Source: Mytilus trossulus | Lineage: Eukaryota | Assembly (NCBI RefSeq): GCF_036588685.1 | Contig: NC_086382.1 | Location: 72,664,001-72,728,000 of the forward strand | Direction: 5' to 3' | DNA: 64,000 nucleotides | Part shown: positions 50,201 to 64,000 of the stretch, piece by piece | How positions within the stretch are numbered: position 1 is the first letter of the stretch | Layout: every line of letters begins with the position of its first letter | The notes under the pieces: model-generated | Database searches by the model: none | Seen by the model: only the letters and a program-made list of their open reading frames with translations | Told to the model about the DNA's origin: nothing | Translations under genes and position numbers: made by a program

Positions 50201-53200
50201 GGGACTTACTGTTTTGAATTTTCCGCGGTGTTCAGTATTTTTGTTATTTTACTTTTTATCAAACGTTAATTAAAAATTCAAATTCTGGAATAAGTAAAGG
50301 CATAAGTAGTATACTGCTGTTTAATAGTGATAATCTGATTTAGCAGAAACAAATTCAGGTAACAAACAATAACCGAAGGAAACACATCAACTTTAAGATG
50401 AAAACAACAGAACAACACGACAAATTCTAACGCCAAATCGTATATTAAAAATCTGTCGAAGAGATGTCATTGTAGCATTAGCCTTGTCAATGCTGTTTGT
50501 GCCGGAAATATTGCGTAAGGCTTTGCTTGGATCTGTCACATCTTATATAAAGGTTAATGGTAAACTAAAAAATAACTAATTCATATTTGTAAATCATATA
50601 AACATTGAGATAAAATTGCTACTCGATATTTTTTTTTTTCGTTTCTTATATTATTTCCTACTAGTGTTAAATTACCAGAAAATTGAACGGCGTCTTTTAC
50701 AATTTGAGACTGATTCACCGGAAGTTCCATGGACCCCCTGTCATTATCTTCACTTTCTAATTCTAGTCCTGTAATGAAACATGTTGATTTAAAAAAAAAA
50801 GTCATCTAATGTACCAGGCTTAAATGGTGTATGCCATAAGTGAAGCTGGTATCAAATATATTAAACGGTCACATAAAGAATAAAGCATTGATGATCAAAA
50901 AATCAAAAAGGATTTGCGAAATACAGAAATAAGGTTGTCTATTTCTTGGATAGAAAATCCGAAATGTTAACAATACCGAAGTATCTCAATAGTGTTGTAT
51001 ACACTTAAGAATTGTTCAATATATAATGTACAAAACATAAATGCAAAACCCTACCTGTTCCTAGACAAATAAATATGACATCAACATTATTCACTGCTGA
51101 CTTCACTGCCGAACTGCTGTAATGAATGCATCTATTGTCTTTGCATCCGGCTGCGAAGTTAGTGACATCTGACAACTGCTTAAGACCATCCAATGGAGTT
51201 GTAGTATACATTGGCATAACATTAGGGTTGTAATTACCAAACTGTTGGATTACATTATTTGCCATGGGTCCTAATACCTAATAACACAACAACAAATATA
51301 TCAGAATGCAAATATTTAGTAAATGTTATAGTAATTAACTATAAGGTCCTTGCTATTCGTTGACTTCGATGTCGATAATTTACATGTAGTATGGTTTTTG
51401 GTTTTTTTAATTGAAATTATCAACAAATTGAACCAAAATCGGACCTGATGAAAATAACATTCTAAAAATGTCGTGCGTCCCATGCGTTTTTATGGATTCA
51501 CCTTCACCGGGAACGCTCAAACCTTAACATTTGAAAGTAAAAAATGTTTATTTACGTAGAACTGATATTTTATTTGAGAGACATTATGAAATAATGCTTT
51601 ACATTCTACATGCTTCTGTCCATATTTCATTTACTACAAAACATCTGAAATAAACATTGCTTTGCTTTATATGAAGGATACATATATGAACTTTTAATAA
51701 GATTTCTAGTTTATAACTTACTGCAATTTTCTTTAGCCTTTTTGTCAGTGGTAGAAAGCTGCCGTTATTCTTCAGAAGAACAAATGATTTTTTAGCAGCA
51801 TCTAAAGCAATCTGTCTGTGATCCTCGCTCTGGACTAATGACATATCAAGATAATTGTAAGGATTCATTTTCAAAGGATCAAACTCTCCAAGCTTCATTC
51901 TTGTGTAAAATAATGGCTTCGCAGATTCTAAAACTGTTTCTTTTGACAATTTTCCAGCTTTGATTGCATCGACTGATAAAATAAAATGGTATACTAGTAT
52001 TAATCTAAGTTATCGTAATCGCAGGTCAGTGGTAATACGCGACATTCCTTGATGATAAATCAAATCAGGATGGCGTTCCTGCAATATTCGAAGGAATGAT
52101 TTTTAATTTTTTTTACCATTTAAAATTATTGATGCAATAGCTTCCTATACTTAAAGATAGGCGGAAATTATTAAAAAGCTTATGATTCGATCCAATTTTG
52201 TGATAAGTCTTATTCGGTAGGTAACATTTGAGGGGTGAAAAAGAGAACGGAGGACGCGGTTGTTGTAAGACAACCAGAACCTATTCGTTGTCATATGTGA
52301 AGCAGATACTCTAACCGGTCAAACAATTTGTCGCCGACCTAATTTATCAACGAAACCATGAACAGATAGCAATCAAGACCTCTAACAGCTATCAACGGGA
52401 AAATATAAACATCATGTGACCCTGCTTGTGGAATATTGCTAAAAAAACATAAAGTTCACAATGAAAAAACTTGAAATCCTAGAGTTCGTCGTCCATAGAC
52501 CTCAAAGTCACTGGTATTAAAGAGATAATCGTAACTGCAATTACGATTATCCCAATATGGCGACGGTAGATATAGATAAAATCTTTACACTCATTTTTCT
52601 TAAATGTAGCATGTTTTTGTCAATAGTTACTCAGCTGCATACTAGTATATCATAAAATGGAAGGGTGAACAAACTTCAAGAAATTTGGAAATGGGAAAAC
52701 ACGAACTTTGTTAATATACAGAAATTTTCAAGAACTAGGTATGCCACAAAATATGTGAATGAGCGATTGAAATTATGATACATGACAATAATTGTCAGGC
52801 GACACGCATGTGTCACCTTACATCAGATTTCTGATTAAGACAGTCAACAAAAATTAATTTATCCTGAAGTAAATAGTAAATATAGTTAATATTGTTTAAA
52901 TTCATTTATTGCAGGTGGTTATATGTGCTATTTCTGCTCCCGGGAGGCCACTGCTGATTTAATTCTAGAACATACCCTATTATGCCATAACGAAGTAGGA
53001 GAGACATTTAGTATTCGTCAAAAACCGTTTGACGAGAAATTTAATAGTGGCTACAGTTTTTATGTCACTTCGATCATTTTTCATGGATGATATCACAACT
53101 TAAAAGTTATGATGAACAAGGGATAACTTTGAAAAGTGTTTTACAGTGTCATTTCGGAGTCTGTTATAGCTGACTATGCGGTATAGGCTTTGTTCATTGT

Positions 53201-56200
53201 TGAAGACCGTAAGGTGACCTATATTTGTTAATTTCTGAGTCATGTTGGTCTCTTGTGGAAAGTTGTCTCATTGGCAAACATACCACATCTTCTTATTTAT
53301 TTTGGCTACTCAATGACTGTCACTGAAATTTCAGTATCTCAGATATAAACTATAAACAACACAAAATAATTTTGAATTATGATAATATGACATCCTTAAA
53401 ACATTTAATGCTATATAAGACTAGAGAAAGATTGGCCCTACATGGGATTCTTTGTGCATTATGAAATTAATTATAAGTAACGTGGAGTTCATTGACAAAC
53501 ATGGATTTGTGTTCTTTTATAGTTTTGCCAAAAGCCCGAAAATAAAGAAATAAAATTGATCTAGCTTTAAATTTTCTTACAAGAAATACTTATTCAAAGA
53601 ATGACTGCAAAGTTGAGAATAAAATAACGCATATTCCGCAAAATTAGAAACAAACTTATTAAAAAAGCATAAATACTCGGTATATGAAAAGTATGCTGCA
53701 TACATATGCATGGAAGATATTGTAGAGAAAACTATTGAAGGTACTAAGCAAGGAACATTTTTGTATTTGCATACTTGCCATATAATTAGTACTTTTCTAT
53801 TAAATGAAAACAAATATTAGCCTTACCTAATTTATGCATTTTTCTGAAGCACACAACATTTGTTTTAAAATCTATAAAAATCTTTGTAATTAAACCAGTT
53901 CCGACTGTGATGATCTACATGTAATGCCCTTTGATGTAATTTATCAATATACATATTTGTGGTTTTTTTCCGTCTGTCAAATGCTTCGTAAGACTAAAGG
54001 TAAGGTTAATAAAAACAAAAAACAAAAGTAACAATAAACAAAAGTAACAAAAAACAAAAGTGACAATAAACAATAGTAACAATAAACTGGTAAGTATTTA
54101 AGATCCTTTACCATCCACACTGTTTAAGGAAACGTCCTAATAAGCATGGGTATTTGATCAAAACATTTGAATTTAATTTTTAAAATCATATATTATATCA
54201 GTATAAAATAGAAAAAGTGAATCCAAGGGGGAAATATGGACGGCTGAATTTATTGAATTATAAGGAAAAGGGAGATATGAACACTAGATCCGACAGTTAT
54301 AAAGTTATTGACGGAAACTTTTGTTCATTTCGCACATAATTTTAGTATAAACGTGATATAAGAGGCAACACATATGACATATGAAAATGTGGTATAAGTG
54401 ACTTACATTTTGAGCAATGAATTGAAAGGATTGCACTTTTGGAATATGGAATAAAGCTAATCCATCCTTTTTCTCATCAAATAGAGATATATAGATAAAT
54501 TTATCCTAGATATTAACCCGTAAATTTCTTCATTTATTTTTATATGCGTTAATGTCATCGTTAAACTGGGCATTTACATTTTTAACACACAAAATACCAT
54601 TGAAATGCTGAGACACATTTATTAATTTTCAGTTACTTTTATCCGATAAAGAAAATTACGATTATCAAAGAAGAAAAATAACATAGAGATACGATTATCA
54701 TCCCGAATTTTTCAACGGCTATTTTCACAGCGCTTAGACAATTCCAGTGCACCGTTACGATTCAAATATGATGTAATGGTATAGATAAACCTTGCAGCTG
54801 AGTAACAGTTTTCTATTGACAAAAACATGCTACATTTAAGAAAAACGAGTGTAAAGATTTTACCTATATCTACCGTCGCCATATTGGGATAATCGCAATT
54901 GCAGTTACGATTATCTCTTTAATACCAGTGAAAGTGAATTTAAAGAATTCTTTAAATGTCAGTGTTGTATATCTACAAAATGTATCTTACGCATAGAAAA
55001 ATAGATCGGTTTCTCCAGGTTGGTTGACAGTTCCAAGTTACATCCAGCATTAACACACAAAGCTACTGTGTCTACAGAGTTATTGGTATAGTGGTGATAG
55101 TCTATGATGTTCTCTATAGCAGCTTGGTCACTCACCACGTAACCTGTAAATCCAAGCTCTTTACGGAGGATATCTGTCAGGAGCTTCTTGTTACCACATG
55201 CTGGTACACCATTTATCCTTCAATATGATTATGTATTACTATAAAAATGCATTAAGACACGTATCAAAAATCTTTATTGGCATATGAATCATAAAATACG
55301 ATAACAATATAATAAAAGCATCATGAGGGGAACATATTACGATCCCAAATTAAGACATGCCGAAGATTCAGTCTGATTGTGTCAAGCTCAAAGATGTTCC
55401 GTGTAGTGAATAATGTTACAGAGACAGTAAAGAGCTATTTCTACACAAATGGAAAGAGAACGCCACGGTATAACTAAATACAGTTGTGTTTTCCTATAAT
55501 ATGGGCCTTGTCTTTTCTTTGAATTTATATGCAATTATTTATGGTCGTTTTGATATTCTTAAACGAAATGTTTTGCCAATATAAGTTATTAAGCACACTA
55601 TTTAGCTTATCTATACCTATTGAAGCTACACATGAAACTGTAAGTTCCAGCTTCTACACATTTTTTGAATGCAGGTAGAAATGTTAATCTCCAATCTCTT
55701 TCTGTCACCTGTAAATATATATATACATGTCATAAGTAAGTTTATCAGAAGATTAAGATAATGATGATAAATGCACAAAAATACATTTAGAAATGTTCAC
55801 ATTTCCACATCGCAAAAATATTTTTTATTGCAAAAGTAAAATCACAAAAATACCAGTTTCTTAATCAAATGGCACAATCAAAAGCTCTTATACATCATAC
55901 GAATGGATAACGACTGTCATCTTGGTACAGGCATTTTCATTTGTAGAAAATGGTGGCTTAAACCTGGTTTTATAGCTAGCTAAACCTTTCACTTCTATGA
56001 CAGTCACAAAATTATAAAAGCTTACCTTTGCGTCAAATGAAAATCTAGACACAGGAATATTTTCTGGTCCTCCATGGACGTCCAGGTGTTTACATCCAGC
56101 ATTAGTTCGGACATAACGCGGATTTCCCCCTTGTAATCCCTGAACAAAACTATAAGCTAGAGTTCCCGACAGAAGGGGATCTTCTCCATATGTCTCCTGA

Positions 56201-57725
56201 ATTACGAATATAGAAAGAGAATTATCTAACGTCTTTCCACAAAAAAGCATTTTCACGATTAAATCATTAAAACACTATAAATGTCGATAGTCATTGGCAC
56301 TTAATGATTGAATTTTGTATTTAGAAAATATGAGGTCACCTATACTTCTCCATTCTCATATTAGAATCGTTTGTGCAGGATTTATGAATATACAGTTACG
56401 TCCGGTCACCAGAACAATCTGATGGATTTGCTATAAAATGTTTTCCCCGTCTCTAATATGAATGTTGTATTGCAACCTGACCTTGATCAGAGTACAATTA
56501 TTTAATCAATCGCAGAGCTTACTTGTTAAACAGCTTTTATACAGAGGTACTATCAATTTAATTGTTAACAGAAACGAATAAGTTTTATGTATATTAATTA
56601 TATGTCACCAAGAAAATAAATATGGTTTATTAAAAAGTATAGGAACGAAAATTTGTCTCCAAAAAAATAATGTTTTACTAACTTGAACACAAGTTCTAAA
56701 CTGAAGATGCTATATGGTTAACTTTTGTTAAAATGGTGATATTTGACCGCTTTTCAACATTCAAATGCAATTACTAAATGCGTTTTTGTATAAGCTAGTT
56801 CTCAAGGCATGAGACATGGCATACCACCTCCGTTTAAACTGCCGAGTCGAGTGATATGTGCTCTTACTTCTCAATGCTGCCTGCTAACCATAAACACAGC
56901 TTAGTCTTTGTTTGACTCATCCGGGGAGTGACACTATACTGTACAAAAATCAAAGTAACTTCAAAGTATCAAACCTGATTCCGTCCCCATAGTGGATGTC
57001 TCATAATATTTACAACAGGACTAAAACAACTGATTCCCTTGTGGTCACCGTATTGTTTATTTTCTCGAAAGAAGTTATATTTAGCTCTGACTTCTATACT
57101 TGTAGCTTCGGAAACCTTGTGAATTACTTCTGTGCTACAATGAAATAAAAGTGAAACTGCCACGTATACTAGTATAGGCACATGAATGTATCAGTAAAGA
57201 CTGACAGTTATACATAATATATAATATATTGCAACATACCACTTTAATTAGTAATTAACTAATCTAATGGTACAAGTTGAAATACATACACTATTAGACC
57301 TTACAACAGCCTGACCTGACTAATACATGCGTTAAAACGTAGAAGATAATAATAGGTAACTAATTTTGACACAGTCTTATATATATATTTTATAACTGTA
57401 TTAACGTATCCGAAACATACCTCCATGTAGCAGCTAATCCTAACGCCTGAGGAAAAGCCGTGGCATTACCAGAATCACCATCTCCACGAAGACACTCGGT
57501 GTTCCAACTCCAAGGATCAATCTTAAGTCTAGGGATAGCTGGTGCTGGACCACCGTGAGGACCGGACCCACCTCTACTCATCTGGACCATTAACTCTTCT
57601 ATTGTCAGGCGGTTAATAAGATCGTTAACTCTGTCATGCCATGACAGTGAGGTATTCCGAAATGGAAGTTCTCCTGCGCTAACTAAAGCAAGGGTTGTTA
57701 CAAACAATATCCTTATATCCACCAT
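47270..57725 (-). CDS. Secreted GH3 beta-D-xylosidase/arabinofuranosidase-like glycosidase, 12 exons: 57725-57421, 57134-56975, 56196-56026, 55708-55617, 55217-54991, 51972-51722, 51277-51055, 50768-50676, 49606-49398, 48911-48711, 48133-47959, 47409-47270 (748 aa)
   Basis: All junctions GT-AG with consistent phases (2247 nt). Motifs SPVVNIMRHPLWGRNQETYGEDP, CKH, MCSFNRINGVPAC, GFTGYVVSD (nucleophile), VLLKN, ESEDNDR, PAGRLPFTWY, YPFGYGLSY and an Fn3-like C-terminus. Confidence 0.93.
48451..48547 (-). ncRNA. Decayed twister-like motif, third family (also 38049-38147+, 44455-44550+, ~50054-50140+, 55913-56004-)
   Basis: Closing stem ctgtcgta/tatgacag, P3 cattttc/gaaaatg; family consensus gtga-ga-ggt...taa-tcc-ac...cctg-t-acc-aa-gt-cagg. 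Confidence 0.45.
52509..54930. mobile_element. 2.4-kb non-autonomous DNA transposon with ~130-bp TIRs starting CACTGG and a 5-bp TSD AAAGT (Transib-like), in GH3 intron 5
   Basis: aaagt|cactggtattaaagagataatcgtaactgc ... gcagttacgattatctctttaataccagtg|aaagt. Confidence 0.82.
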
Positions 57726-59209
57726 TGTAGAAAATGTTTAATCACATGATAATGAATTGATGAACAAAAGAAATATGTAGGTGTCAAAATAGATGTCATT
57801 TCAGTTAAATACTAGTCAAGATCATTAATTATAAAAACATTGACATGCATAAAACAATCGTTTTGTTTTTATCCTACTATACGATAATTTAATGTGTTTT
57901 CTGACTAAATTTGTATATTGTGTTGAATTGTGTGTCTGTTTTTGTTGTTTTTTTTCAAATGTTTCCTGCTGGTTTGAACAATAGTTCAGCTATTTTTCTT
58001 GATTATGTGGATTCTATTCTTTTCAAATTGGCATTGTACCTTTTTACTTCTATGAAAGGATTTATTCTCTGCAATGTCTCTTCCAATAGATTCACCCGTC
58101 ATACATTGTGCGAATAACTAGTGAATACATCTTATCATTTATTTACCTTTAAGCAATGTGTTAAAGATAATGGGTTTGCCTCTTCTATAACAAATAATTT
58201 TAATGTTTCCCATTTATATTTTATAAGTTATTAACTATGTTCAATCTATTTACAATTATTTAAACAACTTGGCCTTATATGTTTTTCAAATAATTCAGAA
58301 TTTAGCCTAATCATGCCATAAAGACCTACCTCGATCAAGCTTGGCGTCATGTTCAAATTCAACACAATGACCTAGATAATGGGAAATACAGGACAAAAAG
58401 AAGTCGATCTTTGAAGTCATTTTAGATCACCTAACTATAAGGTATGTCTTGTTGATCATTTAAGTTGCTCGTGTTCTCTGTATGTATATATCTACAACAT
58501 AGTTCTGTAGCTAAAAATAAATTGGTAAAATTAGTCATTTAAGGACAGAAACTCCATAAAGTTTTGATTGATAATTTCAATTATGTTGACTTATTATAGA
58601 TCATTTTTAAGAGGGAACAGTTTGTTTCCGTATCCTATATTAGTTATCAATAGAATAGTCAGAAATTTTTGTTTCTTATAGTCTCCTTCTATTCATCCCT
58701 GGATTGATACATCAATTGGTAGCAGATTCCATCATGTGTTTCGCCTAAAACACCTCAGTGTTGGGAAAAACTGTCATATTCTTTCCATCAGTCCAGATAT
58801 TCTTTAAAAATTGAAAGAAAAATTAGCAAAAACCCTAGGAAATGATTGAATGAAAAGAACATAAAAGGTCATAAAAATGATCGAAAAAGTCTATTGAAAA
58901 TTATTCTAGATCAGTGAATGATGATTTTAGAAAGGAACATGATTTGATCAAATTGCACATTGTTTAGGTAATATTAAACAACCTCTGACTATAGACATCG
59001 CAAAATGGTCGAAAAAACTCCTTCAAACGATAGTCATAGATATAATGTTCTACTTTTCTTTAATCTGACACAACAAGTTAGATTCTATACGCAGAGCAAA
59101 ACCTTTTTTTAATTTGTTTAGATATTGTTCGTTAGTAAATACTTTTTGCACATCGGCTAATTTAATATAATTTTTATTTAAACTTCTCGAAATGCCTTTT
59201 GAATGATAA

Positions 59210-62149
59210 TTTTTTTTTATTTTTTATTGATCTTTTTGGTGTTCAAACTACAGTGCATACATACATTCATACATTTTTACAATACATAAGTGATTGACCT
59301 ATATGGCATAGTCATACTATTGATATTTTCGAATAAGACATAGTAAAAAACAAATACAAGTAAATGATGTGAATAATCGGTATATGATACAAGTAAAAGA
59401 TACTTTGGAATATATTAAATATACATGATCATATCGAGAATAGATTTAATTAATAACTTCCATAAATTCCCCCCATCTGTCGACACATGACTCGTGCTTG
59501 TCTTTAGAAAGATATAAATATTCTAATATCTCCAGACGTCTTTTTAAAAATTTGAGAAAAGCTTGCACAGATATAAACAATCTGTCTAATTGTGTGTACT
59601 TTACGTAAAATACAATAGTTTAACACTAAGTTATCAGAATTCAATACACCAAAAATGACACTGTCTTTATTTAAAAATACTTTTACTCCAAAAACTAAAT
59701 GCCACCAATTAGAAAATTCTCTCCAAAATCGTTTTATTTCTATACATTCAAAACATTTATGCTCTTTAGTTTCTATTTCTTTACAACAGGCACATTCATT
59801 AGTTAAAGAAAGTTTATATTTTTCAAGGAGATAATTATGTGAGACTATTCTGTGTAACACTTTATATTGAAAAGCTTGTAGTTTGCTTTCAATAGTACAT
59901 TTAAAAGCTAGTGAATAAATATTGTTCCACTTTTCGTAACTAATTTCTAAATTAAAACTTTCTTCCCACCTTTGTTGTGAAATAGGAGAAACACTCACCC
60001 GATCGATAAAAAGTGAATATACATCTTTAGTATATAATTTGCTAATAGGCATTTTTTTATTCTCATGCTCAAAAACGAATCCAAAAGAGTTGCTCTTAGG
60101 TGACATGTGTTGTTGTAATAACAAATCTTTCCAGTCACGTGGTATAGCAAGTTTAATAGAAAGGATGTCTACAAAAGTAACATTCAAATTATATTTTTTG
60201 TTAATAGCGTCATGAGACAAAAAATCGCCTTTATCATCTACAATATCATTAATGAACCTTATGCCTTTCGTGTACCAAGATCTGTAAAAAATACTCGATC
60301 TGTTGACCTTGATAAACGGATTGAACCAAATAAATTCTTTTCTAACATGAAATGCATTTAACGGGATTAAAATACCCTTGAAACGTTTCCAAGCAAATAG
60401 CACTTCTATTTTAAAAAAAAGAGGTGCTTTTAAATTTAAAAACTCAAATTCACATCTGCTCATAGATAAATCCTCTAAATCAAAAAGGGAGAAGAATGCT
60501 TTGGAAACATGTTTCCATTTAGAGTCATGTTCTGACAAAAATCTGTTTACCCACATGATACGAAAGGATAACAGCTGTACTTCAAAATTTTGTGCTTTCA
60601 GTCCCCCCTCGCTAGGAGACTTTTGAATAACTTCCGATTTATCTTTCGGAGTACTATCATTCCATTAAAAGTTATTAATGTCCCTTTGTATTTTAATTAC
60701 ATAAGATCTTGGTACATGTGTAGATGAAATGACATAGATAAGCTTCGATATTGCAAGTGATTTAAGAATTACGATTTTACCGATCAAGGAAAGGTTTCTG
60801 ATCCTCCATATTTTAATCATTGATTCCATTTTTTCTATGCATGTATCTAAGTTAGAACAAACCATTTCATCAAAAGCGTTAAATTTTAAACCTAAGGTTT
60901 TAAAACCATCTGTCCATTTAATAGGAAGGGAACCTTCTTTGTTAAATTTATTTCTTCCAATCCATGTTACTTCTGTTTTCGAAAAATTGACTTTTAACCC
61001 TGAACACTTCTCAAAATCATTAAAGGAATCTAATAAAATTTGCGCAGAAAATACATCTTTCAAAAAACAAGTGGTATCATCAGCCAACTGTGAAATTTTT
61101 ATTTCAGTATCCCCAATTTTTATACCTGATATATGGTTGTTCTTACGAATATTTATTGCCAGCAGTTCAACGGCCAAAATAAATAAAAAAGGTGACAAAG
61201 GACACCCTTGTCGAACACCTCTCTCAATTTTGAACGGACTAGAACTAAATCCATTATTAACGACAAGACTAGATATATTTGAGTATAAAGTTAAGACCCA
61301 TTTCCGGAACTTGCTACGAAAATAAAAACAAGCTAATGCTTTTTGAATAAATTTCCATTCTAGCGTATCAAACGCCTTTTCGAAATCGACTAGTAATATA
61401 AGCCGTGGATAATTTTTTAAAGTAGTAAACAATATAATATAAGCAATTAGTCGAAGATTTTCACCAATATATCTACCAGCCACATATCCTGTCTGATCCG
61501 GATCTATAAGTTTCGGAAGAAATAAATTCATTCTTTCCGCAATAACTTTAGCTAATAATTTGTAATCAAAATTTAAGAGAGAAAGAGGTCGCCAGTTCGA
61601 CAAGAGTGTTCTATCTTTATCTTTCTTTGGAATAAGAGTCAGAATACCCCGTCTTTGGTCTATTGAGAGGATTCCGGTCTCGAAGGAAAATTCATAGTTT
61701 TCCAAAACATATTTTTTTACATCAATCCTTTGTAAAACTCAGCGGTGAGCCCAAATGTTTTTAAAACTTTAACGCACTCAGATTCTGAAATATCTGCATC
61801 GCATATATCCTTTTCCAGATCTGTTAGCTTAGGAATAAAATTTAAATCAAAAAAGTTAGAATCACCTGAATATTGATCAGGGTCTTCTTTTGATGAGTAC
61901 AGATTTTCGTAGAAATTTCTCTCTTCGTTTAGAATTTTTTCCTGTGACAATATTTCAATGTCGTTTACAACTAATTTGTTAATACATTTATTTTTTCTAA
62001 TGATAAGAAATATTTAGAATTTCGCAGTGCTCGGCATGTGATCGTATAATAGCCCCTCTTGTTTGATTATTTACTATTTGCTCTAAATCTTCTTTAACAA
62101 TATCTAATTCAATTAAAAGTGTATTTATATCTTTATCTAAATATGTATA
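59210..62149 (-). mobile_element. 5'-truncated, frameshifted L1/Tx1-clade LINE (ORF2 RT plus C-terminal zinc knuckle)
   Basis: NWRPLSLLN.DYK, DQTGY, LLVDFEKAFD, RGVRQGCPLSP, QLADDT, C..C...ET.EH.CFEC; AATAAA plus A-tail at ~59210-59230; possible degenerate TSD ttgaatgataa (59199-59209) / ttgaatgagaa (62150-62160). Confidence 0.92.
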
Positions 62150-64000
62150 TTGAATGAGAACTTGGTCACGGAAAATATTTCACAGCATATACATGTTGAT
62201 CATAAAGATCCAAGCAATGCTTGTTTGTCTAAGACTTACTTGTCAACAATTATAACAAAATAAAACCTTAAATGATAAAGGATTTTATGACGTTCATCTC
62301 TCAAATAGACGACATCATGATTTAAAGCTGAAAATATGCGTGCACCATAACAACACAGAAAGACAAACTATAAAATATCGAGTGAAATGGCTTAAATCAA
62401 TCAAAAGACATAAACACAAATGCACATTCATTGAACAAATAAATTTGATTTTGCAATTGGAAAAGGGACTTTCCGTTTCGAATTTTTCGAATTTTTCCTC
62501 GTAGTTCAGTATTTTTGTGACTTTACTTTTGATCTATGAAACAATGTAAATACAAAATCAATAAAATAGGGGATGAATTAATCAATTAACTAAATATATA
62601 TTCTCTAATTCAAAATAATTTTGAAATTGTTTTACGGATATCCTGGTTAAAACAATATTGTTTATTTGTTATCATGTCTGAACCTCATCACTATTGCGCA
62701 TATGCAATAGATGTACGATAGTCTCAAGTGCACCGGAAAAGTAAGCAGATCTTATTCCATATATAACACCCGTTGTTTTGCTAATATAGGTAAAATAAAG
62801 AACCAGTTTAATTCGGGACGTGACATTGAAAAAGAAAAGGAAAGAAGATATATGCTTTCGGAATTTTCGGTCCTAAATGATATTCAACTTCGCTCCTTAT
62901 AGGGGCAATTTTACATGTTTTGTTATCCTAGTTATTACAAGTATGATGACACGAGGTACCCTGGTATCTATGGTAAGTTTGATTTTGTGACATCATGATT
63001 ACTTTTAAAAGTGTTAGTTAAAGATCTTTGTTTTTTCTGTTTTTTTTTTTTAATCTCTGGTTACACATACATAATATGTTTATACAAGGAAAGGTCAGTC
63101 AATTATCTCTCAACCTTTAAGTGCTTCCCATAACATTGGAGAAGCTCAGACAATTTTGCCCATACTATTCTAAATCCGCGAATATGTCGTGACAGATTTT
63201 GTTGTAACGGAAAAACAATAGTGATAATGTTCTGTGGTGTACACACAGTGTTTGGATCGTGCCTTTTGGGACATCATATACATCGATATAATGCCATAAC
63301 GGTGTTATCGAAAACACTCGTGACAAGACAGAATCCAATATACTAGTATTCATCAGAAATGGTCTTGGAATTTCGGTTAGGCATAGCCAACAGTCTATAC
63401 TTCTTCTTCTTCTACTTAAGGTATCCAGCTATCAATCAGATTTTTTATGATAACGTGCATCCTATAATGGTCGGAAAACTCAGACAATTTTGTCCAGTTA
63501 GCTTAAAATTCAGATTCTGCTGTATCGGATCAAAATTTTAACAAAGTCTTGTATTGTACAAACATAGTCTTTTAGGCCGGGTTCATTCGCGTGTTTTACT
63601 GACGTCATTTATAGGACCACCCCCGATTACAATTGGCCATAAGTCTGACCAAGTTCCTATGAGTCGTTGCTGGAAATTCAACCTTCAATTACAATTTCTA
63701 TAATCAATTATATAATATTACGACAAAAATCAGATATTGATTAGGAAGCGTGTAAATTCAGCCATTTCCACCCGAAATTTTCACGATTATGGTTTTCTCA
63801 ATACTCTTCTTATCCGATTTGAGTTGTTGCATGATACAAGTACGACAGCGTCCTGATTCTACCTGTTTGGATTATTGACTAGAGCTGCTTTTTTGTCTGC
63901 ACAGTTAGCACCATGAACTTCGACAACGTAAAGAATGTTTGACCATTCACCGGTTATGATTCTTACGTCCTCGACATCTTTACGATCAACGTGTCTGATT

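Noticed and set aside
54015-54087. ~16-bp A-rich tandem repeat (aaacaaaagtaacaat)
   Set aside because: Ordinary slippage repeat inside a transposon, with no sign of function.
54819-54827. RSS nonamer-like ACAAAAACA in the Transib-like TIR
   Set aside because: Wrong orientation and ~100 bp from the terminal CAC, not 12/23 spacing; A-rich matches are expected by chance.

Overview
AT-rich, intron-containing animal genomic DNA; the repeat families and gene types look like a bivalve mollusc, most likely Mytilus (inference). Genes: (1) five tandem minus-strand genes for secreted LRR-only proteins, each with one coding exon (3.8-18.6 kb); in the fourth, the start codon and signal peptide are amplified into a 46-bp minisatellite; (2) a 7-exon SPATS1-like gene (+, 23793-32689) that the ORF track misses; (3) a RING-less B-box/coiled-coil/beta-propeller TRIM-like gene (-); (4) a 12-exon secreted GH3 beta-xylosidase-like gene (-). 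Mobile DNA includes two LINE fragments, Penelope-like RT remnants, several MITE/HINE-type elements and a 2.4-kb CAC-ended element with a 5-bp TSD (Transib-like). The strongest hidden signal is RNA structure. Several dispersed repeat families share a covarying motif that fits a circularly permuted (P5-type) twister ribozyme whose P1 stem is replaced by palindromes. Another family carries minimal hammerhead ribozymes. One composite insertion appears to have captured an inverted copy of SPATS1 exon 2, with the junction exactly at the twister boundary. All calls were made by eye; no searches were run.
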